Below, one piece after another: positions 1 through 14,103 of a stretch of DNA of 64,000 nucleotides. Location of the stretch: positions 62,001-126,000 of the forward strand of contig JADIIX010000023.1 in the NCBI GenBank assembly GCA_027604505.1. The letters run 5' to 3'. Under the pieces are notes generated by a model. It was not told where the DNA came from and did not search any database. It was given only the letters and a program-made list of their open reading frames with translations. The position numbers and the translations under genes are program-made. The number at the start of each line of letters is the position of its first letter. The stretch's first letter is position 1. This stretch comes from Gonapodya sp. JEL0774 (taxonomy: Eukaryota).

Positions 1-433
1 GTTTGCTATGAAAGAATAGGGCTATGCTGGCTGGCAGGTTTTAGTCGTGTCCCACACTCACAAAGGTTATGGTAGCACGGTGCTGTGATAGTTCTCAAAC
101 GGCCGGGGACTGGGCAGCTATTTCAGTTATCGTGAGTCGCACCCGGTTCCACGCACCTCTGTTCGCTTGATGAGTGATATCAACTGGATAAAATTCCATG
201 AAGTTTCAATCGTGTATGTGCGTTCGTGGAGTAGGATATGTAATCTCCAAGTAAGGTAGCGTGGATATGTACTTACATACGATATTCAGGTGGTGGGGAG
301 CAGAGAAAGTGCACACGACAGGGTCCTGTCGGCGGGACAGCCACCAAAATAAGATTCATGCTTCTCATAATACCTCACCCCCCTTATAATTTATAAGTCG
401 GTCCAGGTCCCATCAAGCCCCGTGAACACAACT

Positions 434-3400
434 ATGTCTTCATCTCTGGAACAAGGAATTTCTCGATCCGGGTTTCCTTTAGCATCCGGGTCCACTGCAT
501 TCACAGGTTCCACTGCAGGTGGATCGTCTTCACCAACCCGCCGTGTTTCTGCGTCGTCCTCCCTAGACTACTCGACGACGAACCAGCCAGTAAAAGTGGC
601 CGTTATTGGATCAGGATTGGCTGGTTTGACTACTGCCTTTATCCTCTCAACCCAAACTCCCAGATCAGAAGATGCATCAGGAGCTCCACCTTTCGTCGTC
701 TCCTTGTACGAAAAAGCGAATGCCCCAGGAATGGATTCTGCCTCAGTCGCACTCAAATGTTCGTGCAGACGCTGTTCTGGGAACAAGAATTCGACACATG
801 ATCACATTGAGGGTAAAATAGAAGTCCCACAGAGAGCTTTCAGTCCGGGTAAGTGGTCGAGCAATGAAGGTGTTCTCAGATTTTTTGAATTCTTAAAAAC
901 CAGTGAGGGCCCTCACTTCAGCATGGAAAACACTGGGAACTCGGTTCTTCAGAGTCCCCTAATGCTTACTCACTCCAATCATTCGTCTTCCGCCCCTCTG
1001 AAAGATTGGTACCCCACACTTGTCGCAATGTATCGCTATCTTGGCATACCGTTTGACATGCGTGACGACACACCCTCGGTCTCCCTTCACCGCGTTGGAT
1101 CGAACCCCAGCAACCCCGCATCTTCGCAGCCAAAGCCTCCTGCAGCATCTCGTGCCCATTCTCAGACTCTGACCTCAACCCCAAAGCAGGCGTCCACACA
1201 AGCCAAGTTCATTCCTAAAAGACCTCGCCCGGCAAGCGCAAACGTCTTGTCAGCACCTTCTGTCCCTTCCTCCTCGTCTCCAAGCCGCGCGCCTCCGGCA
1301 ACTTATGCTTCACCTTCATCTGTACCTGTCCCTATTGTACCAGTTACCCTTCTTGCCTCACCCTCCCTCATTCCATCCGACGGCGAGGGTGACTTCGATA
1401 CGGCACCTGACCTAAGTGATGCCGAAGACACTCGACACTCCTCCCGCCTTCGCCCAGATCATCATCGCGGCCCACGCACAGCTTCTCACACGTCTCTCGC
1501 TGGATCGTCATCTTCGTCCTCGTTGTCCGGCACCACCACCCTGGGTCCCACCTCCCACGTTGTTACCCTGTGGACCGGCTCTCAGCTAAATGTCACCCCA
1601 ACCCGAGTTGTGGCCCTTCCTTTTCCATCCTTGTCCTTACCACCAACTATCTCTGCGTGGCTTTCCCTCCTGTCGCCCTATGGACTGTATACAGCTACCA
1701 CCGCCTTCGCCCGCAATACTCGTCTTATGCTCGAGTTTTACGGCTTGCAGAGGGACGCACACGCGCTCAGGGCTGCACGGGGGCTAAAAAATCTGAAGGA
1801 AACTACCGAAGAGTGGCTGGTGAAGAGGGGCACGAGTGTCCAGCTGAGAGAAGGTTTTATTTACCCTATGATGAGTGGTGTGTGTACTTGTGGTGTGGGG
1901 GACGTGAGAAACTACGACGCGAGAGCCATTGTTGGTGAGTTGAAATTTAGTGACCGTTTGTTCGTTGAGGAGCAGTACGTCCCACAGAATCACGGAATGC
2001 CATCTGGTTGTGTTGACCCTTGTTAGAGTTTGGGGCTCCGTGATCAAAACCTGACACATACCAGCTCACCGATTGTTGTGTGTTGTCGAAGAAAACTCAA
2101 TTTCAATTTTCATCCATACCCTCCGTAGATTGGCTCGCCCCACGCCATCCCTTGCTCCACCCTCGCGGCCCCCTCCTCCGCGGGCCGGGACTCAGAACCC
2201 ACTTCCTTTCCTGTTCCGTATCTGAAGTTTGTCAGCGTTTGCTTTCACCTGTGCATCGGGTGAATCTGGGCACCGGTGTTAAGAAGGTGAGGAGGAGTGC
2301 AGAAGGGTGGGTGGTGGAGGACGACAGGGGTGGACAAGCATGGTTTGATGTAGTGGTTGTGGCGACCCAGGTATGTTGGAGGTTCCTAATTGAGGTCTCT
2401 ATTTCCCTCACTTTGTTTCTTGTTACATTGTAACATGTTCTGTGACCAGGCCAACCAAGTCCGAAATCTCCTAGACCTGTCAGATCCCCTTCCTTCCCCA
2501 CCTCCCACAGTTCCTTCAGGCTCCCCCCGCCGCGGCACAACCACCGCCTCAGCCTCGTCTGGCCCCCCAAATCATCTGCGCCATACATCACGGTCGCTGT
2601 TCCCTTCACCCGCTCCTGATGGTAACACAAACTCGGTGTCTTCATCAACTCTCTCCACAGTAGCGCTAGGTCCACCGACGACACTTGTCAAGGCGCTTGA
2701 GCTCCTTTCGACAGTTAAATACATCCGGAGTGCCAGCGTGGTGCACTCTGACCCCCGCCTCATGCCGCCTAACCGCGCTGATTGGAGAACTTTCAACTAT
2801 TTTATCAATGAAGGACTAGGAGATGTCGCAGCTGGAGCCGCAGCTGCCGCGGCAGCAGCTGGGAGCGGAGCGGGAAGAGGAATACCGGTGGCGAATGGCA
2901 ACGGGGTGATAAAGTTGGGATCCGGGCCTGTGGCAACTGCTACGGCTATGAAACCTGAGGAAGGAGCGACGGTTACACATCTGTGTAATCATACAATGCC
3001 GGGATTGCTGGGAACTGTTGTCCCCTACTTTCAGGTACGTAGGGTAATCAGGTCTATAAATGGAGATTCGCTCAGTCATTCTGTTCTTGTTTTCCGAATT
3101 GGATGAACTTTTCAGACTTGGAACCCAGTCCTACTGCCTCAACCACACCTCACCCATTCACTGTCGTACTTTGATCGTGCTGTGCCGACACCTGAGTCCT
3201 CCGTTGCCATGGACGCCATTGACCATCTGCAAGGACAAGCTGGCATCTGGTTTGTGGGATCGTACGTGTGGCCGGGTGTACCTCTGCTCGAAGGATGCGT
3301 TAGATCTGCAGCAAGGTGTGCTCGGAGGATGGGAAGGATGGTCGGAAGGGAAGTCGAAGTGCCATGGTTGGACGATGAGGAATGGGAGCCCTCGGGGAAG

Positions 3401-3472
3401 GAGACGCTAAGTGACAGATACTACGATGGCCTGTATTGGGGAGCTGGCATTGGGGCGTCAGGCAAATTATGA
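434..3472 (+). CDS. FAD-dependent oxidoreductase (amine oxidase / COG2907-like NAD/FAD-binding family), multi-exon, with a long Ser/Pro-rich insertion
   Basis: Rossmann motif VAVIGSGLAGL..A..L...VSLYEKA; later FDVVVVATQ/ANQ, VVHSDPRLMPPNRADWRTFNY and C-terminal LQGQAGIWFVGSYVWPGVPLLEGCVRSA; pieces joined across GT-AG introns. Confidence 0.8.
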
Positions 3473-3707
3473 CTAGACTTGGACGCCGGGACAGTTGAAT
3501 ACAAGTGTCTCTAGTCAACACCTGTACTGCAATGGGTGTGTACGTATAATCGGTCAGAGTAGACCAGTTACCGGGTGATTTCTCTGTGTCTGTGTCTTCG
3601 GATGTACGTATTATATCGTTACAGGAGGAGGTCCTGGGAGACGGTCAACAGACAGTTTTTTCGGAAATCATAGGTTCTTTTACAAACAATCTGTATCGCA
3701 CGCAAAT

Positions 3708-5482
3708 CTACATGCTCATCTTTTTGGCCTCCGTTGCCTCACCTCTGCCTACTGGGACAGGTTCCCTTCCCGCCCACCAGACCTCCTCATACAGCTCCAT
3801 AATTTGCTCAGCGGTCGCCACAAGAGGGTTGTTGCCCACACTCCCTGAAGCGATAGCCTGGAGCACCGATTGGTGTGGACAACTCTGTGGTGATAACATC
3901 TGTCACGACAAACTTACCTGCTCGGCCATAGTTTTCGATACCTCGTCCCAACGTTGCTTTTTGATACCATACTCCGCCGGCGTAGGAACCTGCAGGTCCC
4001 TGTTAAGGTCGTCGAGAGCCTTCATCAAACGGCGACAAGCTTCCTCATCGCCGACTTCCATCGTTGCCAGACCCATGGCACGAGCGCAATCTGCGTATCG
4101 ATCGGGGCAAGACGGTATCGAAAACCGAGTAATGTAAGGGAGTAGCATCGCATTTGAAAGGCCATGTGGAACACTTTCGTGGAGCACAATTTTAGCGCAA
4201 ACATTGAGGTGCTGGGAGCGGACCTCGGGGTCTCACTGGAAAAAGGCTCCTATCGGTCTGCTCATTCCATGCACGAGGGCGACACTAGAGTTCGAGAATG
4301 CCATTCCAGCAAGAGTGGCACCGAGCATCATATTCTCGCGAGCGACACGGTTTCCAGGCTCGGCACATGCGACACGGATCCACGGGAAAATTCGAGACAT
4401 TGCGGAGAGCGCTAGTAAACTACTGGTCACCGGATCAAAAATCATACGAAGTGTGATGTTCAAAACACGCACCCATGTTGTCAGCGAAGGGGTTTCGTCG
4501 TTTACTGACGTATGCTTCAATCGCATGTGTGAGACTGTCAATACCGGTGTCAGCAGTAAGCCTGAATGATAGAGGTACATGAACAAAGCTCTGGGCTTAA
4601 TTGCAATACTTCGTTATTCTTCGCCGCGTACCTCAACGGACATCCCATTGTCAGCTCGAAGTCCACGATGGCTGCGGATGCCACAATATCGGGACCTGAA
4701 ATCAGCATCTTCTCATCCGTTTTGGTATCGGTGATGATGGTGAATTTTGTCACTTCGCTTCCTGTGCCCGCTGTTGTGGGAACAGCAATGAGGGGAGGGC
4801 CGGGCCGCGGAATAACGTTGGGAAACTTCAAAGTAAAATTAGAACTCGTAGTAAATCTCTCAAGCGTTCACGCACTTTGTACTGGCGTATTTCTCCGCCA
4901 TTACTGGCAAGGATACCGATTGCTTTGGCAGTATCAATTGGCGATCCGCCCCCAAAAGCGACTATGCTGTCGAATTTTCCCTTTCTGAGTTACACAACTT
5001 GTTAACGATGGCATCACGAAAATATTTTCATATGAATACACACGTGAAGACTGAGGAGCCCTCTCCCACGACTTCGATTGTTGGATCAGGAACGGTATGA
5101 GGGAAGACTTCGTAGTTGAGTCCTTTCTTGAACCCAGCCTTCTCCAATGGTTCAATAACCTGGTAGGGAAAGAGGCACGAGGATCCGGGAATGTTAAGCT
5201 GACTCACCGGAATCTGCAACTGCAGAGACTCGTCATGTCCTACCAAACGAACCTTGTCAATGAGACCAGATTTGACCATGAAAGGATCCGTCACGATCAT
5301 AGTCTTCTTCGATCCCACCGCGACCTTTTTCAGAACGTCGGCAACCCTCGCAACGGTTCCCCCCCCTGTGATGCACGGCAGTTCGGTAAAGGAAACACAT
5401 CAGTTCCGGAAAACATGAGCTTCCAGGGGGAATTTATGATCGTACCAATCTCCATGATGCGCGGAATCAAGATCGTTGACAT
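3708..5482 (-). CDS. Iron-containing (group III) alcohol dehydrogenase, multi-exon
   Basis: Start [88 protein letters not shown]. Confidence 0.92.
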
Positions 5483-6588
5483 CGTATGGAAGGTCGAATC
5501 GAGAGTTTGGTCTGCGTCGAATATGTGAGAATGAGGACCCCATCAAATATTTGCCGATGAACGGTCCTGTGACATGACGATTCAGAGATCTTATTGAATT
5601 CGCGCATTGGCCAATGACCAAATGTGGAATATAAGAGCATACGTAGCGAATCGGATCTTTGCGAAAACTTGTGGTGCTAATCCGGCGCTTGCAGCGTCAT
5701 TCTCCCCACGATATCTCACTCCCTGATACATCGTCTGATGTTGCTGACGTCAAGTCAGATTATAATTCATGAGGTATTACGCAGTCTTCGCTTACAGCGA
5801 GGGATAGAAAACGACAATGATGCTAAAATAGAGACAAGTACAGTAATAAGTAATCAAGCCAATTTAAGAAATGAATCCATAGTCTCGGGGCTGAGCTTCA
5901 GCTCTTCTACCTGTTCGTGCTTCCGAGCAACGGGGCAGAATCTTCTTTCTGATGTGAAGTGAGTCATTCTTCAGAACTTTGATCCAAACGGCCCATAATA
6001 ATTGTGACAGTACTTCGTTTTCACATTTACAGTTCCCTTTCGTACACCAAATACACAAAATATGCAGTGTCCTCCCACCATACACTCGTTCACACTACAA
6101 ACCTACTTTTACAAAGTGTCATTGCTGTTTGAAGGACTTCAGAGAATGCAGAGGCCAGGTGGTGATGGTTCCGGTGTATACAAAGAGAGAATAACAGGAA
6201 ACGAAGGAGAGATTGCGGGATGTCAAACCCCAGAAAGGAGATCGGAACAAACAGGGATCAGGAGCAAATATCAAGGCAGAGGTAACGTGGAATGACAAAG
6301 CGCCGGCGCTCCGACAGGGTGATTATCCACCTGACACCCCACCACACGGCCATCAAATGCTGATCCTGCTTGACCGAGAGCCTCCATGAGGGGGAAGAGG
6401 GGGTGCTGTTGTTCCGAATCAACTCCGTCGGGTATTAATTGCCGCAAGTCAGCCGTCTGGTCCGCTTTTGAGGCAGTCAACTGCCCGATTCATACTGCGC
6501 CGCTCTGCGCCGCTTCACACCCACGACTAAGTCCACCGGTATAGATATGAAATGCGTAACATCCATCTCTCCCTCAAGAAATCCGAAG

Positions 6589-7218
6589 TCACAAAATAAC
6601 GCAGTTGGTCTGCGCCACTTCCCCTCCCGACTCCGCGCTCCCCTTTTCAATCTCTTGTAGTACTAATTCGAATATTTTTTGAATGTTCTGGTTGGTCTTT
6701 GCTGAGCTTTCCACCATGGCGCAGTTCCACTCCTGGGAGGTTTTGGTCGCATCCTCCACGGTAACTTGCCGCTGGCCACCGAGATCCTGGAGGCATAAGT
6801 AGCAGATTGGGTGGAGATACGAGAGTCACGGCGTAAGCTCGCGAAGACTCACTGCTTTGTTCCCAACGACCACTGTCGGCACCCAGTCTGTTCCGGTGTA
6901 GTTCAGAATTTTCTCCCGAATAATTTTCACCATCTCAAAGGACGTTCGGGATGTAATGGAATACACAAGCACGTAGCCGTGAATGCCGATTGAGTGCTTT
7001 TGATTAAGGATGGAAAATTCGTCCTGACCCGCTGTATCAATGATTTCCATCGCGTACTCCTGTCCCTTAAGTTTCAAAACTTTCGTGAACGTGTTCTCGA
7101 TGGTTGGATAGTAGGCATCGGTAAAGTGGTTCTCCACAAACTGGATGGTGAGTGACGACTTTCCAACTGCGCGGAAACCGAGGACGGCGATGCGGCGAGT
7201 TCGCGGAGGGTTGGGCAT
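6589..7218 (-). CDS. RHEB: Rheb small GTPase (2 exons: 7218-6853, 6786-6589; 187 aa)
   Basis: GFRAVGKSS P-loop with the Rheb-typical Arg; YYPTIENTF effector loop; DTAGQDE; NKA|D; ESSAK; C-terminal CAAX CVIL; intron GTGAGT..CAG at 6852-6787. Confidence 0.95.
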
Positions 7219-8626
7219 TTCTTAAGTCCAAAAATAGGTGATTGTTGCGAGGCGGAAGAAAACGGACGTGTTCGGGATGAAATCGACGTTACGGTCGAGG
7301 AATGGACCAGTCAATGGTCAGGAATCCAGCAAAAGAAAACACGAAGTAAGCCGAGCTAGAAATGAAATAAGAAAATTGGCGGGAAGTTTCGTTGGAAGCC
7401 AAGGGAGATGGGCCGAAGTGTGTGGAGCAACGGTTGAGAGGGTGCAGACTCAGCCTCGGAAGGAACAGGGTGGTGGGCTTCACCTCAGCGAAAGGTAATC
7501 CGTGGTGCAGTCTGTGGGTCGTTTGCAGTCGTCTCTTAGTTCGGATTGACGAGAATCTCCTTGGACAGTGTTATGCCTATCAGGAGGCAAAGCAGAGTCC
7601 GTGCCACCATCACAACGACCTGTAAAATCGTATGGGAGATCTTCAACAAACATCCTACTACATAATACCCTTCACTTGGAAATAGTCAAGAATAAAACGT
7701 TGAACAAGTGGGTGCCATCTCCAGGAACGACCACCCCGGGAAACATGCTATGTGTTTGGTCAAATTTCCCCACAGTTGCAGTGAACCCAACAGCATGACG
7801 TCATCTCTCGGTATGAATTTTGAGCCACACGGGTTCCTCGCCGCCAAAAGAACTTGTCCAGCAGCTCCGGACCATACATACATTACATGCTTACCTTAAT
7901 ATGTTGAAGAAGACTTGACACTTTGTAAAGATATTTCGAGGTGAATTCACCCTATGTGACGCTCCTGACGATTCCACCTGCAAAAAATTTCCCAAGAAAT
8001 GAGGGCGGCCAAGGCAAGAGGGGATATGAGAAGGGAAACGGCACTTACTCGATTCCTTGAGTATGTACATAGGATGGATGGGATAGTATGTGTAAGGCGT
8101 TTACACTAGTTCCGGAATGATCACATGTGAATGTGTTTTCTGCGCCAAGAACAAAATTGATCGAAGTGATGGTGACGGGAAGAGAATTGCCAGGGTGAAC
8201 TTGTACTGCCGAATCCCAGGCATGTGTCTCAACAGGGACAGGGACCCCTCTCATCACTCCCAAAATTAATCCATTTTTTGGATCTGATTCAACTGTGCTA
8301 AACACAGCTCGGACAGTAAAGAGAAACCAAGCATCTCCCACAGAGAGGAGAGGATATGCCACTTCATTTTGGAGGTAACACGATCACTGCATTTGGTGAA
8401 CCTTCGTTCATCGTTCAAACCTTCGAATCCATCTGTGCTCTCAACGTCTATCCCACATCTGGCAGCATCTGTACGGGCTTACTTTGCACGTCGGAGGGAT
8501 CAGAGCGACCAAAAGCGACGTTATAATAGCGGTAAGGGAGAGCATTCGATGTCACCAATATTTCCATAAACGGTCACCCATCCGCCTTACCTACAAATCG
8601 CCCAGCTTCCGCATATTCATTTTCAT

Positions 8627-10315
8627 GTGCCATATCAGCTAATTGCCCTTCTCCGGATCCCGCTCGGCTCGAAAAAGAATGGTTTTGTGATGCAGACGAA
8701 GGCTTTTGTAAGGTCAGATGTACGGGGTGAGCTTCCTGATACTCTTCATCGGCCGGAAGCGACACCTTATCACCATCTCAGCCAGGATTCTGTGTGCCAA
8801 ACCATCGGCTGTTGTGCTGTCACCACCACCTTGAACTCACCTACACCTCCACCGTCACCGTCGTCGACCTCTGTCCTCTCCACCGCGTTCACATCAACTG
8901 TCCCCCAAACCACCGAGACAACACCAAGTTCAGGCAACGTCGTCTTGTCCGAGGAACTTCCGTTTAGCTTCCGCAGTTTGACGACCCTCACTGGCTGCAC
9001 AACCACGATCCCAGCGTCTTCTTTGCAGGACGTTACCCAACAAACCACCTACCCAGTATCCCGTCTTGATCGCGCCGGATTCGTCTCCTCTGCAAATTCA
9101 GCCAATCCCGACATTCGTACATCATTAGCATCGTCTTTCTTAACGAGCACACTGTCAGTCTCAGTTTACACAATTACAAAATCCTCGTTCGCAGCTATAA
9201 CGCAGGCTGATGGTTCAAAGTACGACTCCGCAATGTCTGGAAGTGATATTATGGGCCAAAGAGAAAGTGAGTCCATCAGTGAAATGTACTGCGATGGACC
9301 GTATCGGAGTCTAACATCTGGTTATGAACCAATTTATTTAACACTGTTCCACTTATGCCTTTTAACATCGGTCTACTTATACCCTTTAAACATCGGTCTT
9401 CTCTGTGGATAACTTCTTGTAGCGAGTCCGATACTGATAATCGGAATTACACTGGGAGGTATAGTGATTCTTGTGTCACTTGCCTCCCTGCTGATCTGGA
9501 TGCGAAGGAGGCGAAATGCGGCTACTAAAGGTGGAGAAGAAGAGCGTCCAAGCTCTGGTGAGACTACTGTCTGCCACTGGATTCTATGACTGAGCAATCA
9601 ACGAAATGATGTTGTAGACTCAGGTCCCCCGTATTTTCCCGCTTCCAGCCCACCGGATTTTCCATTCAACCCTGTCCCTCACTCGACGACGTATCAAAAA
9701 TATTCTTCAGCTCAAGAGGCACGGAGCGCTTCACCCGACAGCCCATTGAACTATCCCATCCTCTCGACGCTCCCCTCGCTCTCGCCTACCCAACCCGCCA
9801 GTCCTCCTTTGCCGTCCTTCCCGTCACCACCAAGGACGGACCATCATCTCATCTCTCATATTGAGCCTGACCTTGATGTCTCTGTCTTCTCCTTAGCCAC
9901 TGCCGCAGAAGCGGTTCTTCCGCGCTCCTCCATTGTGACTCCCCCTCGTACTATCCGCCCGCGTCCTCTCTCGTTTGGTCACCCTTCTCCTACACACCCC
10001 GCACTTAACTCCCCTAGGCCTTTTACTATGGTGCTTGACGGTGAGCTCGATTTTGCAAGGCCCAGGGGCAGTGCCTGGGCCGTGGGGGACCATGGAGCTT
10101 GGGCAGTATACGGGTCTATGGCGAGAGCAGAGTCAGTGGAAGGGGGAAGGGAGAGTATGTCGAGTGAGGTGAGTTGGATGTGGCTACGTATGGGGAAGGA
10201 TTTGAGAGTGACAACCATGCCGACATTGTCCTCTCGTGCACCCAAACGGCGATCAAAAGCTACAGGAACACCAACCACACGTATGTTGCTGCTCTTACCA
10301 AAATATCTACTCTAG
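8627..10315 (+). CDS. Hypothetical Ser/Thr-rich single-pass membrane protein; boundaries uncertain
   Basis: Thr/Ser-rich ORF 8627-9412, a hydrophobic segment ILIIGITLGGIVILVSLASLLIW followed by RRRR at about 9430-9515, then a Pro/Ser-rich ORF 9746-10315. Confidence 0.5.
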
Positions 10316-11154
10316 CGCCAAACATATCTGTACCTTATCTATTCAGTGGTTTTTTTTCCGGCAAGCTGTGCGTCTCCGGCTCCCCGACACCACCACAATG
10401 GTACCACTAGGAAACATGCCCCCAACAGTCGCAGTGCAAGATGTATGTGCTAGATGCCTCTTTTCGCTGTGCAATGTGGAGTTGGCTCACCAGCTGACGC
10501 TGATTCATAGTTTGTTCCCACGCTTGGTGACGAGCTTTCACTCACAATTGGGGATAAGGTACAATTGTATGAGGTGTATAGGGACGGGTGGGCGACTGGT
10601 ACGAACCTGCGCACTCGAGAATTTGGAATGCTCCCCATGTGAGTTCTCATTTGGCAGAGAGGGAACCTCATTGGTGATATCATGAGCTAACATCCGATAC
10701 TCCTGTTTATCCCTTTCACGTGTAAACTACTTCACAAATGCCAGTGACTCCCTCTCCATCGGAGCACTCTCCCGCAATCGCCGCCCGTCAATCCGGTTTG
10801 AATCCAAGAATGTTGCAGTAGCGGCTGCCGTCCTTTCACAGAAGGGGTCAATTAGGTCTGCAGGGAGGGTGAGTACATTTCCCTGCAAAGATCGGAGTTG
10901 ATTCAACGTCTTACAATTGATGATCATGTTGAATCAGAAATCATATGGAGAGGCTCAGCGTGCGAGAAAGACGAAAGAGGCCGCATATACATAGATTGAA
11001 GTGCTTCAAGTAGTTCTCTAATTAATGCTATCGAAAAGTTGATAGAGTACAATATTGTTTGTAGCATTTACATAATTGAAGAAACAGTGAATGACTGGAA
11101 ACGAACTGTGTATGGGTGGCGGAGGGAGATTCTCCGTAAGTTCCTGCTTCATAT

Positions 11155-14103
11155 ATGGAACCACCCCTGCCGATCGTGGCGGGAATCCACGGGTTGAGCG
11201 CCATTATACTGGGTTTGATCTCGCTAGTGACTATTGTGGTGATTCTCGTTATATTGGTTCGGGTCGTGCCAAACCGTGAGTTGGTTCATTTCAATTCAAT
11301 GTGCATTCACGGCCAGGACCGTGATCAAGAGGACAATTCGATTGCGTGACGAGGTTTTTGAAGTGGTCGCGTTGAATAGGGGAATCCTGCTCCATCGCAG
11401 CAAATCGCAAGTTCACAGAGGAGCTTCTCTGATCAGCCAGGCCGCATTCAGAATTGTGGCGCTATGTACAAGGCATCAGGCTTTCGATAAGCAATTGGTG
11501 AAGCCGGTAAATTGCGGAATTTCTCTGTATTGGCATTGTGGGCATTGGGTTGAGTTCGAGGACCCCATTGTTGCACCACTTCCCTGCTGCGGGCCGAAGT
11601 CATCGCATAATCTGTGCCCATTCTGGTTACCTCTCTTTCATTAGGTGCTGTGCTGGCAACCCGATTGCGCAGACGTCGTCCACATTGGAATCACGTTTGG
11701 TCCACGACACAACCTCAAGACACACCAAATCCTGTTTGCTCCGCGTGCAGAAAGCCCGTGACATCCTCTCTACAGGCTTATTCGTGTCTTATTTGTGCCC
11801 GCTCGGCTCACTCGGCTCACCTGGACTTAGTTGATGCAATCCAATGCAAACGAACCTCGCATCCGGAGCTTCCCTCTCCTCAAACTCCCAAACTACCTCC
11901 GCCCCATCACCACTGGACACTCGGAAATATATCTACGAACACGCGTTGTGATTTGTGCTGGCAGCCTTGCCACGATTCCTCCAGACCCACACTCGGTTCT
12001 AGGTGTCTCTGGTGCGGCGCGGCCGTTCACCCAGATTGCTTCAAGGCGGTTGAAACCGCAGTATGTCCCCTAGGCGAGGTTCCAGAGGCTGTGATTGACC
12101 CGCGGTGGGTCGTTGGCGGATCCGGCGTGGTTTCGGCAATGATGGTTGGAAGATTGGATGAGGGATTGAAAGATAACAACCACGGACGAGAAGGAGGACT
12201 TGCTGGCACTGCAGGAAGCGGACATGGCACTCTTCCCGGCAACAAACCAGCCCAGGATGAACACCCCTCCCAAAACAAATCCCCAGTTACACATCTGACC
12301 AACTTGTATATTCCGACTCTTCCACGGACTACCACCCCTGTTCTCGCTGTGGTTAATCCCCGCTCTGGAGCTGGTTCAAATAGCTCACCGGCTCTTCTCC
12401 GCCTCCTGTACGCTCTACTGAACCCATGCCAAGTTTGTGATTTATCTCGTGAAAAGCCACAGAAATTTTTCCGGTCATACTCTCCGGAAGTACTCAAAAG
12501 GTGTAGAGTCGTTGTTTGCGGGGGAGACGGAACAGTAGGTTGGATTGTCCAGGCCCTCACGGAGGTGTGCGGGGTAGACGATATGCCCCCAGTGGCGGTA
12601 ATGCCGACCGGTACAGGAAACGGTGCGACATGGTGCGACTATTTCTTTACCACTCATGAAACCTCACGATGCCTTCTTTCCAGACCTCGCAAACATCCTC
12701 CACTGGCCTCCACCGCCACACCCCCCTCCCCTCTTCTCTTATATCACCTCCATTCTTGAGGCAACTACTTTCCCTGTGGACCGGTGGAGGGTGACCATCG
12801 CGCCGTTGGAACCCACGTCCTCCTCTACGGTCTCCCTCCCAATGTTGTCTGGAATCAAAGCCCCAAAGGTCAAAGTCGTCTACGCAATGAATTACATTAG
12901 TGTAGGCGTGGACGCACATATTGCTTTGGCATTTCATGAAGCAAGGGAGGCGAGACCCGGATGGTTTCAGTGGCGGTGGGTGAATAAGGTATGTTATTAA
13001 ACGATGTTGTGGGACGATGGAGCAGCGCACCGTCCCTCGCCTTCCGACTGGCATGAGCGCATAGCATTTTCTAATTTTGGGAGGAAGATGTGACAGGCTG
13101 CATGTGGGACCAAATGTTCACAGTCTTTTGTGCTCAATTGCACCTTATCTACTCCCTCTCATCACTCTTGTCCATCGCACCAATCCAGCTCATATACGTA
13201 ATCATGGGAACACGAATTTTTGGCTATTCACTCCTAGCGACGCTCCTCCGCAAAAACTCCGCGTATGCAGCACGTGTTCGTGTTGGCCCTTCGCCGCCTC
13301 AGGGAACCACCGCTAGCCAATCAATGTCGGTGGAAGAGCAATTTGCAGATGCCACCGAAAACTCAACTGTGGAGGACTCTTCCCAAAAAGCTCGACCACA
13401 CCGGAAGCGCCACGTGTCTCCACAGGGAGTAAGACAGCGTGCGCATGCTGTCAGATCCTCAACGTCGTCGATTTCGTCCTCCTCCTTGCCGCCCTTACCC
13501 CCAACGTCTCGTACAACCTCGTCACCGCGCTCGCCTAGTCCATCCTCACCTCCTGCCCCGGACCTCTCACACATCGCCACACTAACCTTGAATGCCCACC
13601 CTGTTCCACTTGATGGCCTTGCTGGCCTCATACTCCAAAACATCCCCAGCTATGCCGGCGGCCGTCGCCTGTATCAACCGTCGCCGAATCACCCTGCACC
13701 GGACCCGTCTGATGGCTCCCTTGATGTGGTAGGTGTGTGGGGCGCGGTGCACATGGCAGTGAGCCTGGCTCACCTGGGCGGGCTCGAAGTGGTTGGCAGG
13801 GCCGGCGAGGTGGAGTTGGTGGTAAAACCGGGACAAGGTGGAGGCGTACCAATGCAAGTGGATGGAGAGCCATGGTGGCAAGATGATGAATGCAGAGTGA
13901 AAGTGGAGTGGGCTGGTAGGGTTGTAATGTTGCAGAAGGCCGGTGGAGAGGAAGAGGCCAAGAGTGAAGGAGAGGATGAGGTAGACTATGAAGGAGGAGA
14001 GAGGGGAAGATCCCTTGACAGTTTTCCCAGTGGGCTACCGAGGAGGTCAACATCCTTTATGGGTTTTCCCAATGACGGAGTAATGGATCGCTTCTTCTGG
14101 TAA
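11155..14103 (+). CDS. ATP-dependent diacylglycerol kinase (DGK-epsilon-like: N-terminal TM, two C1 domains, catalytic and accessory domains)
   Basis: N-terminal hydrophobic helix; Cys/His C1 zinc fingers; VVNPRSG, VCGGDGTVGW, PTGTGN|DLA, MNYISVGVDA, QNIPSYAGG, MQVDGEPW. Confidence 0.92.

Noticed and set aside
7686..8362. Possible spliced gene on the minus strand
   Set aside because: Splice-like signals are present, but joining them gives an early stop and no recognisable protein.
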